Assembly: GCA_963796955.1 (NCBI GenBank) | Contig: CAWCNJ010000008.1 | Span: 352,001 to 416,000 of the forward strand | Origin: Endomicrobiales bacterium | GTDB taxonomy: Bacteria > Elusimicrobiota > Endomicrobiia > Endomicrobiales > JALOBY01 | Length of the DNA stretch: 64,000 bases | Direction: 5' to 3' | Part shown: in pieces, positions 20,744 to 30,087 of the stretch | How the letters are laid out: each line of letters begins with the position of its first letter | How positions within the stretch are numbered: position 1 is the first letter of the stretch | Notes under the pieces: model-generated | What the model was told of the DNA's origin: nothing | The model's database searches: none | Seen by the model: the letters and a program-made list of their open reading frames with translations, nothing else | Program-made: the position numbers and the translations under genes

Positions 20744-22034
20744 TTTTTTTCACATTTCACTTTTTTCTTTGTTCACCGCTCTGATTATTTCTGTGGTGTC
20801 ACCCGGCGCAGGCGGTGCTACAAAAGAGTACATTGTTCTTTCCTGCGCCGTGCACATTCATTCAACTTTCAGCGGCAAAGAGTTCAGCCTGGAGAGAATT
20901 GTGAAGGATGCTCGTGCGGCCAATATAGACTCTCTCATATTTACCGACCACGACATTATGCGCTGGGAATACGGCATTTGGCCGCTTACGTCGCTGCTGA
21001 AGCGCACGATAGAGCGGCCTTCGGTCATCTCGGCGGGTCCCGAACGCTACCTGGGCGAAATTAAGAACCTACAGGAAAAGAACCCTGATATCATACTGAT
21101 CCCCGGCGTTGAATCCACCGCGTTCTATTACTGGACAGGCAGCCCGTTCGATAAAAGCCTTGTGCTTAACAGCTGGCACAAGCATATCCTCGTCCTGGGA
21201 ATGCCCGAGCCGGAACAATACCGGCTGCTACCGGTGGTTTCCAACTCTCACGCGAAAAACAATCCATTCGACCAATATCACGGCGACCAGGGGGACAAAC
21301 CATACCAGGCTCTGATAGATTATGCCAATGCTAATGACGCGCTTACCTACTGGGCTCATCCTGAAGCACCGAACTGGGAAAAACCTATTCAGATAGGACC
21401 TATCAAGATCGAGACGAAGCAATATGCTTCATCCCTGATGCACACAAAAGAATATACGGGCTTCGCTATTTTCGCTGAAGGTATGCGCAAAGCAGGCCAG
21501 CCTGGCAATGAGTGGGACAAAACACTTCAGGAATATTGCCGTGGCGCAAGGACACAACCCGTTTTTGTGATTGGCGAGCTGGACTACGGCGAAGATAAAT
21601 CGTACCGGCTTGATGAAATAACTAACATGATCTACGTTAAGGACAGATCCGCCAAAGATATCATCGCATCATTGAAGGGCGGGAAAAACTATGTACGATG
21701 GGCTCCGCATGGCGCGAAGTGGAACCTGGATATGCCTTCGTTTTTTACACAGTCCGGAGAGATCAAGGCGCTCTGTGGTGAAACAATACACGCCGCAGGC
21801 CGGCCGAAGATCTTTATAACACTCTCAGCATCCGACTTCAAACAGCACCCGGTAACGATACGCATTGTCCGTAATGGGAAACTTTACACTACGCTTGAAG
21901 GGTCAGCGCCGAACACAATAATATATGAAGACCCTGCCTCGCTGGATCAGAAATTGAGTTATTACCGCGTATTAATAGATGACCCCGCAGGCAACCGCAT
22001 TGCCACAAACCCCGTCTTCATTTCAAAAAACTAA
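20721..22034 (+). CDS. Exported PHP-fold metallohydrolase (CehA/McbA-like) with C-terminal beta domain
   Basis: N-terminal hydrophobic segment; HIHS, FTDHD, GVE, HIL, AHP motifs; ends TNPVF. Confidence 0.7.
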   Translation: MTQRPYANFFHISLFSLFTALIISVVSPGAGGATKEYIVLSCAVHIHSTFSGKEFSLERIVKDARAANIDSLIFTDHDIMRWEYGIWPLTSLLKRTIERPSVISAGPERYLGEIKNLQEKNPDIILIPGVESTAFYYWTGSPFDKSLVLNSWHKHILVLGMPEPEQYRLLPVVSNSHAKNNPFDQYHGDQGDKPYQALIDYANANDALTYWAHPEAPNWEKPIQIGPIKIETKQYASSLMHTKEYTGFAIFAEGMRKAGQPGNEWDKTLQEYCRGARTQPVFVIGELDYGEDKSYRLDEITNMIYVKDRSAKDIIASLKGGKNYVRWAPHGAKWNLDMPSFFTQSGEIKALCGETIHAAGRPKIFITLSASDFKQHPVTIRIVRNGKLYTTLEGSAPNTIIYEDPASLDQKLSYYRVLIDDPAGNRIATNPVFISKN

Positions 22035-22053
22035 TGCGATTTTGTATGATTTT

Positions 22054-22062
22054 TGTTATACT
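22054..22062 (+). promoter_or_regulatory. Extended -10 promoter (TGnTATACT), probably leaderless wbqC transcript
   Basis: TGT-TATACT ends 6 nt before ATG 22069; no SD sequence. Confidence 0.5.
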
Positions 22063-22068
22063 ATCAGT

Positions 22069-22755
22069 ATGATAGTAGCAGTACATCAACCTCAGTACCT
22101 TCCATGGCTTGGCTACTTCCACAAAATCGCTCGATGCGATCTCTTCATTTTTCTGGATGACGTGCAGTACAAAAAACGCGAGTTCCAGAACCGTAACAAA
22201 ATTAAAACACCGGGCGGGCCCCTGTGGCTTACCGTGCCGGTGCTTACCAAGGGCGCCTACTCTCAAAATATAATGGAAGTAAAAACGGACCCCACTGAAA
22301 CACACTGGGAAACCAGCCATTGGAAATCGATAGAACTTAATTATAGACACAGCCCCTTCTTTAACGAACATGCACAGTTCTTTTCCGACCTTTACACAAA
22401 AAAATGGGATTCTCTTATGAACATTTCCCTGGAGATCATCCGCTACACTTCAAACTATCTCGGCATAAAAACACCGGTCAGAATGTCCTCTGAATTCGCC
22501 GTAACCACCACCTCAACCCAACGCATTATAGACCTTTGCAAGGCAACGAAAGCAGATACCTATCTTTCCGGAGCGGGCGGCAGGGACTATATGGACACCG
22601 GCCTGTTCGCCGCCCAGGAACTAGGCCTGGAGTTCCAGCAGTTTACACACCCCGAATACGCTCAGCAGCACGGAAAATTCGAGCCGTATCTTTCAATAAT
22701 AGACCTGTTGTTCAACTGCGGGCCGGACAGCAGAAAACTACTACTGGGAAACTAA
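22069..22755 (+). CDS. wbqC: WbqC-family protein
   Basis: HQPQYLPWLGYF.KI, QNRN.IK, YLSG.GG, LSIIDLLFN.G; start moved to 22069. Confidence 0.9.
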   Translation: MIVAVHQPQYLPWLGYFHKIARCDLFIFLDDVQYKKREFQNRNKIKTPGGPLWLTVPVLTKGAYSQNIMEVKTDPTETHWETSHWKSIELNYRHSPFFNEHAQFFSDLYTKKWDSLMNISLEIIRYTSNYLGIKTPVRMSSEFAVTTTSTQRIIDLCKATKADTYLSGAGGRDYMDTGLFAAQELGLEFQQFTHPEYAQQHGKFEPYLSIIDLLFNCGPDSRKLLLGN

Positions 22756-22756
22756 C

Positions 22757-23557
22757 ATGTACGAAAAGTATTGGAACTTCAGAGAAAAGCCGTTCGAGAA
22801 TACGCCCGACTACAGATTCCTTTTCAATTCTCCACAGCACGAAGAAGGCTTCAGCCGTATGATGTATGTGGTCAAGGAATCTAAGGGCGCAGGCCTGCTT
22901 ACCGGCGTGTACGGCTGCGGAAAGACCATGCTCGCACGCACGCTGATGAAAGAGCTGGAAAATTCTATCTATAAAGTAGCACTGCTTACCAACCCACGGC
23001 TGGACGATATAGAAATGCTGCGCATGATCGCCTATTACCTCGGAGTTTCCACACCGCCGACCCGCAAAGCCGACATCCTGATTGCCCTTGAGACCGCGCT
23101 GATGAACAACCTTAACGACGGCAAGAAAACCGTTATCGTGATAGACGAAGCCCACGCCATAGAAGACCGTAATATTTTCGAAGAGATACGCCTGCTGCTG
23201 AACTTTCAGAAAGACGATAAATTCCTGCTGACGCTGTTGATACTGGGCCAGCCGGAGCTGCGGGAAAAAGTGGAAAGCAACAAACAGCTGAACCAGCGCA
23301 TCGCGATGCGCTTTTATCTGGAAGCCCTTAACCGCACTGAAACCGCGCAGTATATTAAACACCGCCTCACTATCGGTTCAGGCAACCCGGCGATATTCAA
23401 CGAAGAAGCGATAGACCTGATCCACGAACGTTCAGGCGGCATTCCCCGGCGTATCAACCAGCTGTGCGATACCTGCCTGCTGACAGGCTTCGGCCTTGGG
23501 GCCCCGGGCATAGACCGCAAGATAGTCGACGAAACGATAAAGAGCATGTCCCTTTAA
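22757..23557 (+). CDS. ExeA/GspA-like AAA ATPase (stand-alone)
   Basis: MY..YW....PF..TPD, G.YG.GKT, IDEAH, GQPEL, GIPR.IN.LCD motifs. Confidence 0.88.
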   Translation: MYEKYWNFREKPFENTPDYRFLFNSPQHEEGFSRMMYVVKESKGAGLLTGVYGCGKTMLARTLMKELENSIYKVALLTNPRLDDIEMLRMIAYYLGVSTPPTRKADILIALETALMNNLNDGKKTVIVIDEAHAIEDRNIFEEIRLLLNFQKDDKFLLTLLILGQPELREKVESNKQLNQRIAMRFYLEALNRTETAQYIKHRLTIGSGNPAIFNEEAIDLIHERSGGIPRRINQLCDTCLLTGFGLGAPGIDRKIVDETIKSMSL

Positions 23558-23575
23558 CCTGCAAGGAGATCGATA

Positions 23576-24202
23576 ATGAAGATCATTGCTATCGGCGCGC
23601 ACCCTGATGATCTGGAGTATGGCTGTGGCGGCACGTTGATCAAGATGGCAAAGAAAAAATTCGAGATCAATTTAATGATCATGACCCGCGGCGAGATGGG
23701 CGGTAACCCCGACCTGCGCCAAAAAGAGCAGGAACAGGTGGCAAAAAAGCTTCACGCGAACCTTTTCTGGGGCCGTTTTAACGACACGCAGATACCTCTT
23801 GAAAAACAAACCATCAACACGATCGAATATTTTATAAAACGCCTAAAACCCGACCTGATATTCTGCCTTCATCCGCAGGACACCCATCAGGACCATCGCA
23901 CCGTCGCGCAGGCAACCATTACGGCCACTCGCTATGTAAAGAACGTGCTTTTCTATGAAGTGCCCACCAGCACGGATTTCAGGCCAGCCAGCATATTCTC
24001 CGATCTGACCGGTGTTATCAACCAGAAGGTAGAACTATTGAAATTACACAAATCACAGGTTTTTTCCACTCGTATCGCCGACTTAAGCATTCTGGACGCG
24101 GCAAAATCCACCGCGCAGTTCCGCGGTATGCAAAACCGGGTGCGCTACGCCGAAGCTTTTGTGCCGCTGAGAATTTCACTGGACACCTTGAGGCCCTTTT
24201 AA
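23576..24202 (+). CDS. PIG-L/LmbE-family deacetylase
   Basis: AHPDDLE and HQDH motifs. Confidence 0.9.
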   Translation: MKIIAIGAHPDDLEYGCGGTLIKMAKKKFEINLMIMTRGEMGGNPDLRQKEQEQVAKKLHANLFWGRFNDTQIPLEKQTINTIEYFIKRLKPDLIFCLHPQDTHQDHRTVAQATITATRYVKNVLFYEVPTSTDFRPASIFSDLTGVINQKVELLKLHKSQVFSTRIADLSILDAAKSTAQFRGMQNRVRYAEAFVPLRISLDTLRPF

Positions 24203-24204
24203 CA

Positions 24205-25353
24205 ATGATGATGAAAACGCCGGCCTGGCTGAAAGCCTATCTGATGCTGGTAGCGGTTGTTCTTCTGTTCCTGTTGCAGCCCTCGGGCGGCACGTGGGCA
24301 TGGCTGCACAATGTACGCTGGCTGTACGTATTCATAGTAGCCTTCCTTGTCACGCAGCTGCTGGTGCCTGTCTCCATAAAGATCGCCTGGCGCTTCGGGA
24401 TATTGGACAGACCCGGCGAAGCGCGCAAACTGCAGGACCATCCAATACCGCGTATCGGCGGCCTTGCTATATTCATCGCGATAATTATCGCCGTAGGAAG
24501 GAACTTATATTTCTCGCCCCAGCTGCAGGCTCTCATGATAGCCGGCTGCATGATATATATCGTCGGATTTTTTGACGATATACGTCCCTTAAGCGCAACA
24601 TTACGCCTCGCGATACAGTTGCTTGCCTGTTTCATAGTGGTCAACAGCGGTATACTGATCACCTCCGTCCCTGACTTTCCGGGGCACCATTACATACAGG
24701 CGCTGGTAACGGTTATCTGGCTGCTGGGCATGGCGAACGCAATAAATTTTCTAGACGGGATAGACGGTCTTGTTTCCAGCATGAGCGTGGTATGCGCCCT
24801 GTTGTTCTTTGTCATAGGCTGGCACACAAGACAAAGTTACCTTTCGTACCTGACTATCGCCATAGCGGGCGGCTGCGCGGGCTTTATACCCTATAACTGG
24901 CGGCCGGCGACCGTTTACCTGGGTGATGCGGGCGCCACTTTTCTCGGCTTCATGCTGGGCGGGGTAGCGGTGCTGGGTTCCTGGGGACATAATGACCCTA
25001 TAGTCGCTGTCTCCACCCCTTTACTGATCCTCGGTATACCGATCTTCGATATGATCTACACGACCGTGGCCCGCATCAATAATGGTTGTGTTAAAAATTT
25101 TAAACAGTGGCTGGAATACGCAGGCCGGGACCACTTTCACCACCGGCTGATGAACCTGGGGCTTAATGTTCCTCAATCCGTCTTCTTTATACTGCTACTG
25201 AATATATGCCTCGGCCTCGGCGCGATCGTGATGCGCGGCACGAACACAACGCACTGCGTTCTGCTGGGCGTGCAGGGCGTATTGGTATTTGTTATAATTG
25301 TTGTCCTGATGGTCCGCGGCGCCGAGACAGCGCGCGGTTCTGACGGAGAATAA
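24205..25353 (+). CDS. WecA/MraY-family undecaprenyl-phosphate sugar-1-phosphate transferase
   Basis: PRIGG, GFFDD, NFLDGIDG, YLGDAG, HFHH motifs. Confidence 0.9.
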   Translation: MMMKTPAWLKAYLMLVAVVLLFLLQPSGGTWAWLHNVRWLYVFIVAFLVTQLLVPVSIKIAWRFGILDRPGEARKLQDHPIPRIGGLAIFIAIIIAVGRNLYFSPQLQALMIAGCMIYIVGFFDDIRPLSATLRLAIQLLACFIVVNSGILITSVPDFPGHHYIQALVTVIWLLGMANAINFLDGIDGLVSSMSVVCALLFFVIGWHTRQSYLSYLTIAIAGGCAGFIPYNWRPATVYLGDAGATFLGFMLGGVAVLGSWGHNDPIVAVSTPLLILGIPIFDMIYTTVARINNGCVKNFKQWLEYAGRDHFHHRLMNLGLNVPQSVFFILLLNICLGLGAIVMRGTNTTHCVLLGVQGVLVFVIIVVLMVRGAETARGSDGE

Positions 25354-25390
25354 CTGAATTTTTAAACGTCTCTCCCTGGAGGTAGCGAAC

Positions 25391-26689
25391 ATGAAGACCT
25401 TTGTGCTGGATACCAACGTACTGCTGCACGACCCGGAAGCGCTGTTCGGTTTTGAAGATAACAGGGTTGTGATACCGATAACGGTTATCGAAGAATTAGA
25501 CGGTTTTAAACGCCTTACCGACGAGCGCGGGCGCAGCGCACGCATGATCTCGCGCCGGCTGGATGAATTTCGCAAATGCGGCAAGCTTTCGGAAGGCATA
25601 AAGATGAAGAACGGCGGCACCTTCAAGATAGAGTTCGAGGCGCACGGTGAAGCTATACCTGATTTTGTCACCTCAAAAGCCGACAACCGTATTCTCGGCA
25701 TCGCGCTTTCCATAAAGAAAACCAACGGGCCGGTGTACCTTATCACCAAAGACATAAACCTGCGCATAAAAGCAGAGGCCCTGGGCCTTGAAGCGCAGGA
25801 CTACGAGAGGGAAAAAGTAAAGATTGATGAGCTCTACGTCGGCTGGCATGAAATGAAGGCCACCGTTGAGCAGATAGATTCTTTTTACAAAACCCAGAAG
25901 ATGACGGTCACGGAGGATTTTTATCCAAACGAGTTCGCCATTATCAAAGATATCGCCGGCTCCTCAAAAAGCGCGCTCGCGAAATACAGTTCCCAGCAGA
26001 AATGCCTTATCCCGCTGTTCCACACCAACGCCCAACCGTGGGGCCTGAAGCCGCTTAACACCACGCAGCGCTTCGCCATAGAACTCCTTCTGTGCAACGA
26101 TATCAGTCTGGTAACGCTGGTCGGTGTTCCGGGCGCCGGTAAAACGCTGTTGGCGCTTGCGGCCGGCCTGCAAAAGACGATAGAAGAAAAACAGTTCAGG
26201 AGACTTTTCATCGCTCGCCCGATCATACCCGTGGGCCGCGATATCGGCTTCCTGCCGGGATCGAAAGACGACAAACTGGCCTCCTGGATGGGAGCTATTA
26301 CCGACAACCTTGAATACCTTATTGACAAGAACACACCCGACGATAAAACAAACGAAAAGATCCAATATCTTTATGACACCGGCAAGATAGAGATCGAATC
26401 GCTTACCTACATCCGAGGCAGATCGCTGCCCAGCCAGTACATCATTATCGACGATTCGCAAAACCTTACGCCGCATGAGATCAAGACCATCGTTTCGCGC
26501 GCGGGCAAAGACACAAAGATCGTGCTGACCGGCGACCCCTACCAGATAGATAATCCCTACCTGGATGCCTCATCTAACGGCCTTACCTATCTTGTGGAAC
26601 GTTTTAAAGGCCAGGAAATGTTCGGCCACCTTAACTTCCCCAAGAGCGAACGCTCCAAAATGGCGGCGCTTGCATCGGAGCTGTTATAG
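25391..26689 (+). CDS. phoH: PIN-PhoH (PhoH2-type) protein
   Basis: VLDTNVLLHD (PIN), TKDINLR, GAGKT, RGRS, QNLT motifs. Confidence 0.92.
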   Translation: MKTFVLDTNVLLHDPEALFGFEDNRVVIPITVIEELDGFKRLTDERGRSARMISRRLDEFRKCGKLSEGIKMKNGGTFKIEFEAHGEAIPDFVTSKADNRILGIALSIKKTNGPVYLITKDINLRIKAEALGLEAQDYEREKVKIDELYVGWHEMKATVEQIDSFYKTQKMTVTEDFYPNEFAIIKDIAGSSKSALAKYSSQQKCLIPLFHTNAQPWGLKPLNTTQRFAIELLLCNDISLVTLVGVPGAGKTLLALAAGLQKTIEEKQFRRLFIARPIIPVGRDIGFLPGSKDDKLASWMGAITDNLEYLIDKNTPDDKTNEKIQYLYDTGKIEIESLTYIRGRSLPSQYIIIDDSQNLTPHEIKTIVSRAGKDTKIVLTGDPYQIDNPYLDASSNGLTYLVERFKGQEMFGHLNFPKSERSKMAALASELL

Positions 26690-26690
26690 A

Positions 26691-27533
26691 ATGGCTGAAC
26701 GCACCGCGGACTTACATGTCCATACCAACCTTTCGGACGGTACATTTACACCCGAGGAAACGGTACAATACGCGAAAAGCGTCGGTCTGAGCGCCATCGC
26801 TATCACCGACCATGATACCACTGAAGGTGTTGCACGGGCGATCATTGAGGGTGAAAAGCAGGGTATAGAAATAATACCCGGCATTGAACTTTCCTGTGAG
26901 ATCTCGGCCAGCGGCTCAGGTGAAATGCATATCCTGGGCTACTATATCGACTGGAAAGACGCCACCTTCCAGGGCTTCCTTACGGAGTTTCGCCAGGCGC
27001 GCCACACCCGTGCGCTGAAGATAGTTGAAAAGCTTGCCAACCTGGGCGTCACCGTTGACCCGGCCAGGATATTCGAGATCGCGGGGGAAGGCGCCGTGGG
27101 CCGCCTGCACGTGGCAAAAGCACTTATTGAAGAAAGCGTTGTCCCGAACATCGAAACGGCCTTCGGCAGATACCTGGGCATAGGCAAAGCGGCCTATGTC
27201 CCGAAAATAAAGTTGGAGCCGGAAGAGGCGATCGGCATGCTGCTGAAAATAGGCGGCGTGCCGGTACTGGCGCACCCCTACTACGCCCACTACAGCGATG
27301 AAACCGTTTTACAAAAACTCGTCGACTCAGGTCTGAAAGGCATTGAAGTCTGGCATACCAAACATCCCAAACACGCGGTTAAGCGTTTCCAGGAAATAGC
27401 CGAACGCTACAACCTTATCTCTACCGGCGGTTCAGATTGTCACGGCCCTTTCGGCGAACAAGGTGCCATCATGGGTCACCTGAAGATCCCTTACACCGTA
27501 GTGGAAGATCTAAAAAAAGTCAAGGCAGCCTGA
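26691..27533 (+). CDS. PHP-domain phosphoesterase (TrpH/YciV-like)
   Basis: DLHVHT..SDG, ITDHD, HILGY, AHP, GGSDCHG; start moved to 26691. Confidence 0.9.
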   Translation: MAERTADLHVHTNLSDGTFTPEETVQYAKSVGLSAIAITDHDTTEGVARAIIEGEKQGIEIIPGIELSCEISASGSGEMHILGYYIDWKDATFQGFLTEFRQARHTRALKIVEKLANLGVTVDPARIFEIAGEGAVGRLHVAKALIEESVVPNIETAFGRYLGIGKAAYVPKIKLEPEEAIGMLLKIGGVPVLAHPYYAHYSDETVLQKLVDSGLKGIEVWHTKHPKHAVKRFQEIAERYNLISTGGSDCHGPFGEQGAIMGHLKIPYTVVEDLKKVKAA

Positions 27534-27545
27534 AAGCCCTGGTTT

Positions 27546-27574
27546 TTGCCTAATTCCTTCAATTTTTGTATTAT
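27546..27574 (+). promoter_or_regulatory. Sigma70-type promoter for the nadC-birA-rex cluster
   Basis: TTGCCT-17 nt-TATTAT in an AT-rich intergenic gap. Confidence 0.5.
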
Positions 27575-27583
27575 ATGGATATA

Positions 27584-28462
27584 ATGAAATCCCCAAATGA
27601 TCGTATTGTCTCGGGCGTTATTTCGCTCGCCCTTAAAGAAGACGCGGTTCTCTGTGATGTTACTACTCTGCCGGTCATAGGGTCCAAACGAAAAACCAGC
27701 GCACGCTTTTTAGCAAAACAACCGGGGGTGGTCTGCGGCCTGAATTTCGCGGCTAAAGTTTTTAAGACACTGGATCCGCGCGTTACCACAAGGCTGCTGG
27801 TAAAGGATGGGGCGCAGGTAAAAGCGGGTGATGTGCTGGCAGTAGTCAAAGGCCCCGCCCGAGCCATTATTTCGGGTGAGCGCACAGCCCTTAACTTTTT
27901 GCAGCACCTGTCCGGTATAGCAACCTGCACCCGGCGGTTCGTTGACGCGGTCAAAGGAACCGGTGTTAAGATCTATGACACAAGAAAAACCGTTCCCGGC
28001 CTGCGCGTACTGGAAAAATACGCGGTTGTCTGCGGCGGCGGCACGAACCACCGCATGGACCTTGCCGCAATGGCGATGCTGAAAGACAATCATCTTGCCT
28101 TAATGGACGGCTCCTCAAAGTATTCGTTCTCCGAAAACCTTTCCAATGCAGTTCGCGCTATCAGAAAGAAATATCCTAAGGTCAAAGTAGAAGTGGAATG
28201 CGACACTATCCAACAGCTGAAAGATGCCCTGTTAACAAAACCCGACGTGGTGATGCTGGACAACATGCGACCGGCAGAGATACACCGGGCCGTAAAAATA
28301 GTAGACGGCTTCAAGCCCAGACCTTTGATAGAGATATCAGGCGGCATAAACCTGAAAACCGTTCGAAAATTCGCCATAAAGGGCGCGGACTATATTTCGG
28401 TCGGCGCTATAACGCATTCAGCGCCCGCGCTGGACATTTCGCTTGACATCGGTGACTGGTAA
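27584..28462 (+). CDS. nadC: Nicotinate-nucleotide pyrophosphorylase (QPRTase)
   Basis: ER.ALN, DTRKT.PG, NHR, KDNH, LDN, SGG motifs. Confidence 0.95.
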   Translation: MKSPNDRIVSGVISLALKEDAVLCDVTTLPVIGSKRKTSARFLAKQPGVVCGLNFAAKVFKTLDPRVTTRLLVKDGAQVKAGDVLAVVKGPARAIISGERTALNFLQHLSGIATCTRRFVDAVKGTGVKIYDTRKTVPGLRVLEKYAVVCGGGTNHRMDLAAMAMLKDNHLALMDGSSKYSFSENLSNAVRAIRKKYPKVKVEVECDTIQQLKDALLTKPDVVMLDNMRPAEIHRAVKIVDGFKPRPLIEISGGINLKTVRKFAIKGADYISVGAITHSAPALDISLDIGDW

Positions 28463-29457
28463 TGGAACTGCTTAAGATATTGGAAGAAAATAGATTCGTT
28501 TCAGGTCAGCTTATTGCCGAGAAGCTCTCCATTTCCCGCGCGGCGGTGCATAAGCAGATCGGCTGCCTGCGGGCCAAAGGGTATAAAATAGTCGGCCACA
28601 GAAATCTCGGCTATTGCATTGTCTCAAAGCCCGACGCGCTAACCCCCGACGAAATAAAGGCATTGCTGCCCGCGCAATGCGTTATGGGCAGAAAAATACT
28701 TTGTTTTGACCGCATCGCCTCCACCCAGCTTAAGGCCAGGGAAGCTGCTGAAAACGCCGAAGAGGGTACCGTTATAATCGCCGAGGAACAAAGCGCCGGC
28801 TTTGGCCGCCTGGGCCGCGAATGGCACTCAGGCAAAGGCGGGCTATGGTTTTCAGTGATCTTAAAACCGGTATGCGCACCTTCAAGCGTGGCGCAAATAC
28901 CACTGCTGATAGCGATCGCACTTTGTCGGACGATCGAGAACAAGTCCGCGCAGAAAGCTTTGATCAAATGGCCGAACGATGTCTATGTCGACGGAAAAAA
29001 AGTTTCCGGTATTATTACTGATATGGCTGCCGATATAGACCGTGTGCACTGGGCGGTAGCCGGTATCGGCTTGAACGTCAACAATGAGATACCGGCCGAT
29101 CTTCAGGGAACCGCCGCATCCCTTTCGATGCTCTGTTCAGCGAAACAGGAAAGGGCGGCCTTGCTTGCGGCACTGCTTATTGAACTGGATGCCGTGTATA
29201 CTGAGTTTACCAAAAACGGCTTCAGCGGCTTTGGCGGAGAGTTTACCGACCGCTCCTTGCTGATTGGCAAAGCGATTACCGTTCATAGCGCGGGTTCAAC
29301 GCTTAAAGGAACCGTGAAAGGCTTCACCGCCGAAGGCGCGCTCCTGCTGGCCACCGGCTCCAGAATTGAGACGATACTGGCCGGCGATGTGACGATAGAA
29401 AAGCCGGCAGCCGAAAAGACCCCGGCGCAACCCTCCTTATTCGGAGATACATTATGA
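28462..29457 (+). CDS. birA: Bifunctional biotin ligase/repressor (type II BirA)
   Basis: N-terminal HTH (SG..IA..L.ISR.AV.K), G.GR.GR.W, KWPND motifs. Confidence 0.95.
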   Translation: MELLKILEENRFVSGQLIAEKLSISRAAVHKQIGCLRAKGYKIVGHRNLGYCIVSKPDALTPDEIKALLPAQCVMGRKILCFDRIASTQLKAREAAENAEEGTVIIAEEQSAGFGRLGREWHSGKGGLWFSVILKPVCAPSSVAQIPLLIAIALCRTIENKSAQKALIKWPNDVYVDGKKVSGIITDMAADIDRVHWAVAGIGLNVNNEIPADLQGTAASLSMLCSAKQERAALLAALLIELDAVYTEFTKNGFSGFGGEFTDRSLLIGKAITVHSAGSTLKGTVKGFTAEGALLLATGSRIETILAGDVTIEKPAAEKTPAQPSLFGDTL

Positions 29458-30077
29458 AACGGAACGAGAAGATACCGCCCCGCGTCATACCGCGGTTGTC
29501 GCGCTATTACCGCATTTTGCGCGAATACGACCAGAAAACCTGGATATCTTCGCGTGAGCTTTCTCTGGACACCGGTTTTACCGATGCACAGATACGTCGT
29601 GACCTGGCCTATTTCGGCCAGTTCGGCCAGGCGGGCAAAGGCTACATCATTGAAGAACTTAAAAAAAGTATCAAAGCGATCCTGGGCCTCGATAAACAAT
29701 GGAAAGTATTGCTGGTCGGCGTCGGCAACCTTGGCACCGCGCTGCTGCGCTATAAGGGGTTCCGGGAACAGGGTTTTGAAATAGTCGCGGCCGTTGACGC
29801 GGACGAGACTAAGTCCGGCAAGGTGGTCAATGGCGTCAAGATCTACCCGTTAAACGAGATAGCAAGCCTGGTAAAGACCAAAAACATTCAAATGGGCATA
29901 CTGACCGTTCCCGAAGAGGTCGCGCAAAAAGCCGCCGAAGCGGTGGTTGCCGCCGGCATTCGATCGATCTTCAATTTTGCTCCTATTCATTTGAAGCTGC
30001 CGCCGCAGGTGCAGGTTCGCCATATTGACATGACCATTGAGCTGGAAAGACTTTCATTTATGAGCTCGCGGGACTGA
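29454..30077 (+). CDS. rex: Redox-sensing transcriptional repressor Rex
   Basis: RL..Y.R, QIRRDL.YFG.FG..G.GY, GVGNLG, NFAP motifs. Confidence 0.95.
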   Translation: MKRNEKIPPRVIPRLSRYYRILREYDQKTWISSRELSLDTGFTDAQIRRDLAYFGQFGQAGKGYIIEELKKSIKAILGLDKQWKVLLVGVGNLGTALLRYKGFREQGFEIVAAVDADETKSGKVVNGVKIYPLNEIASLVKTKNIQMGILTVPEEVAQKAAEAVVAAGIRSIFNFAPIHLKLPPQVQVRHIDMTIELERLSFMSSRD

Positions 30078-30087
30078 AAAAAATACC

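Noticed and set aside
27560..27590. Rex operator upstream of nadC-birA-rex
   Set aside because: Poor match to TTGTGAA-N4-TTCACAA.
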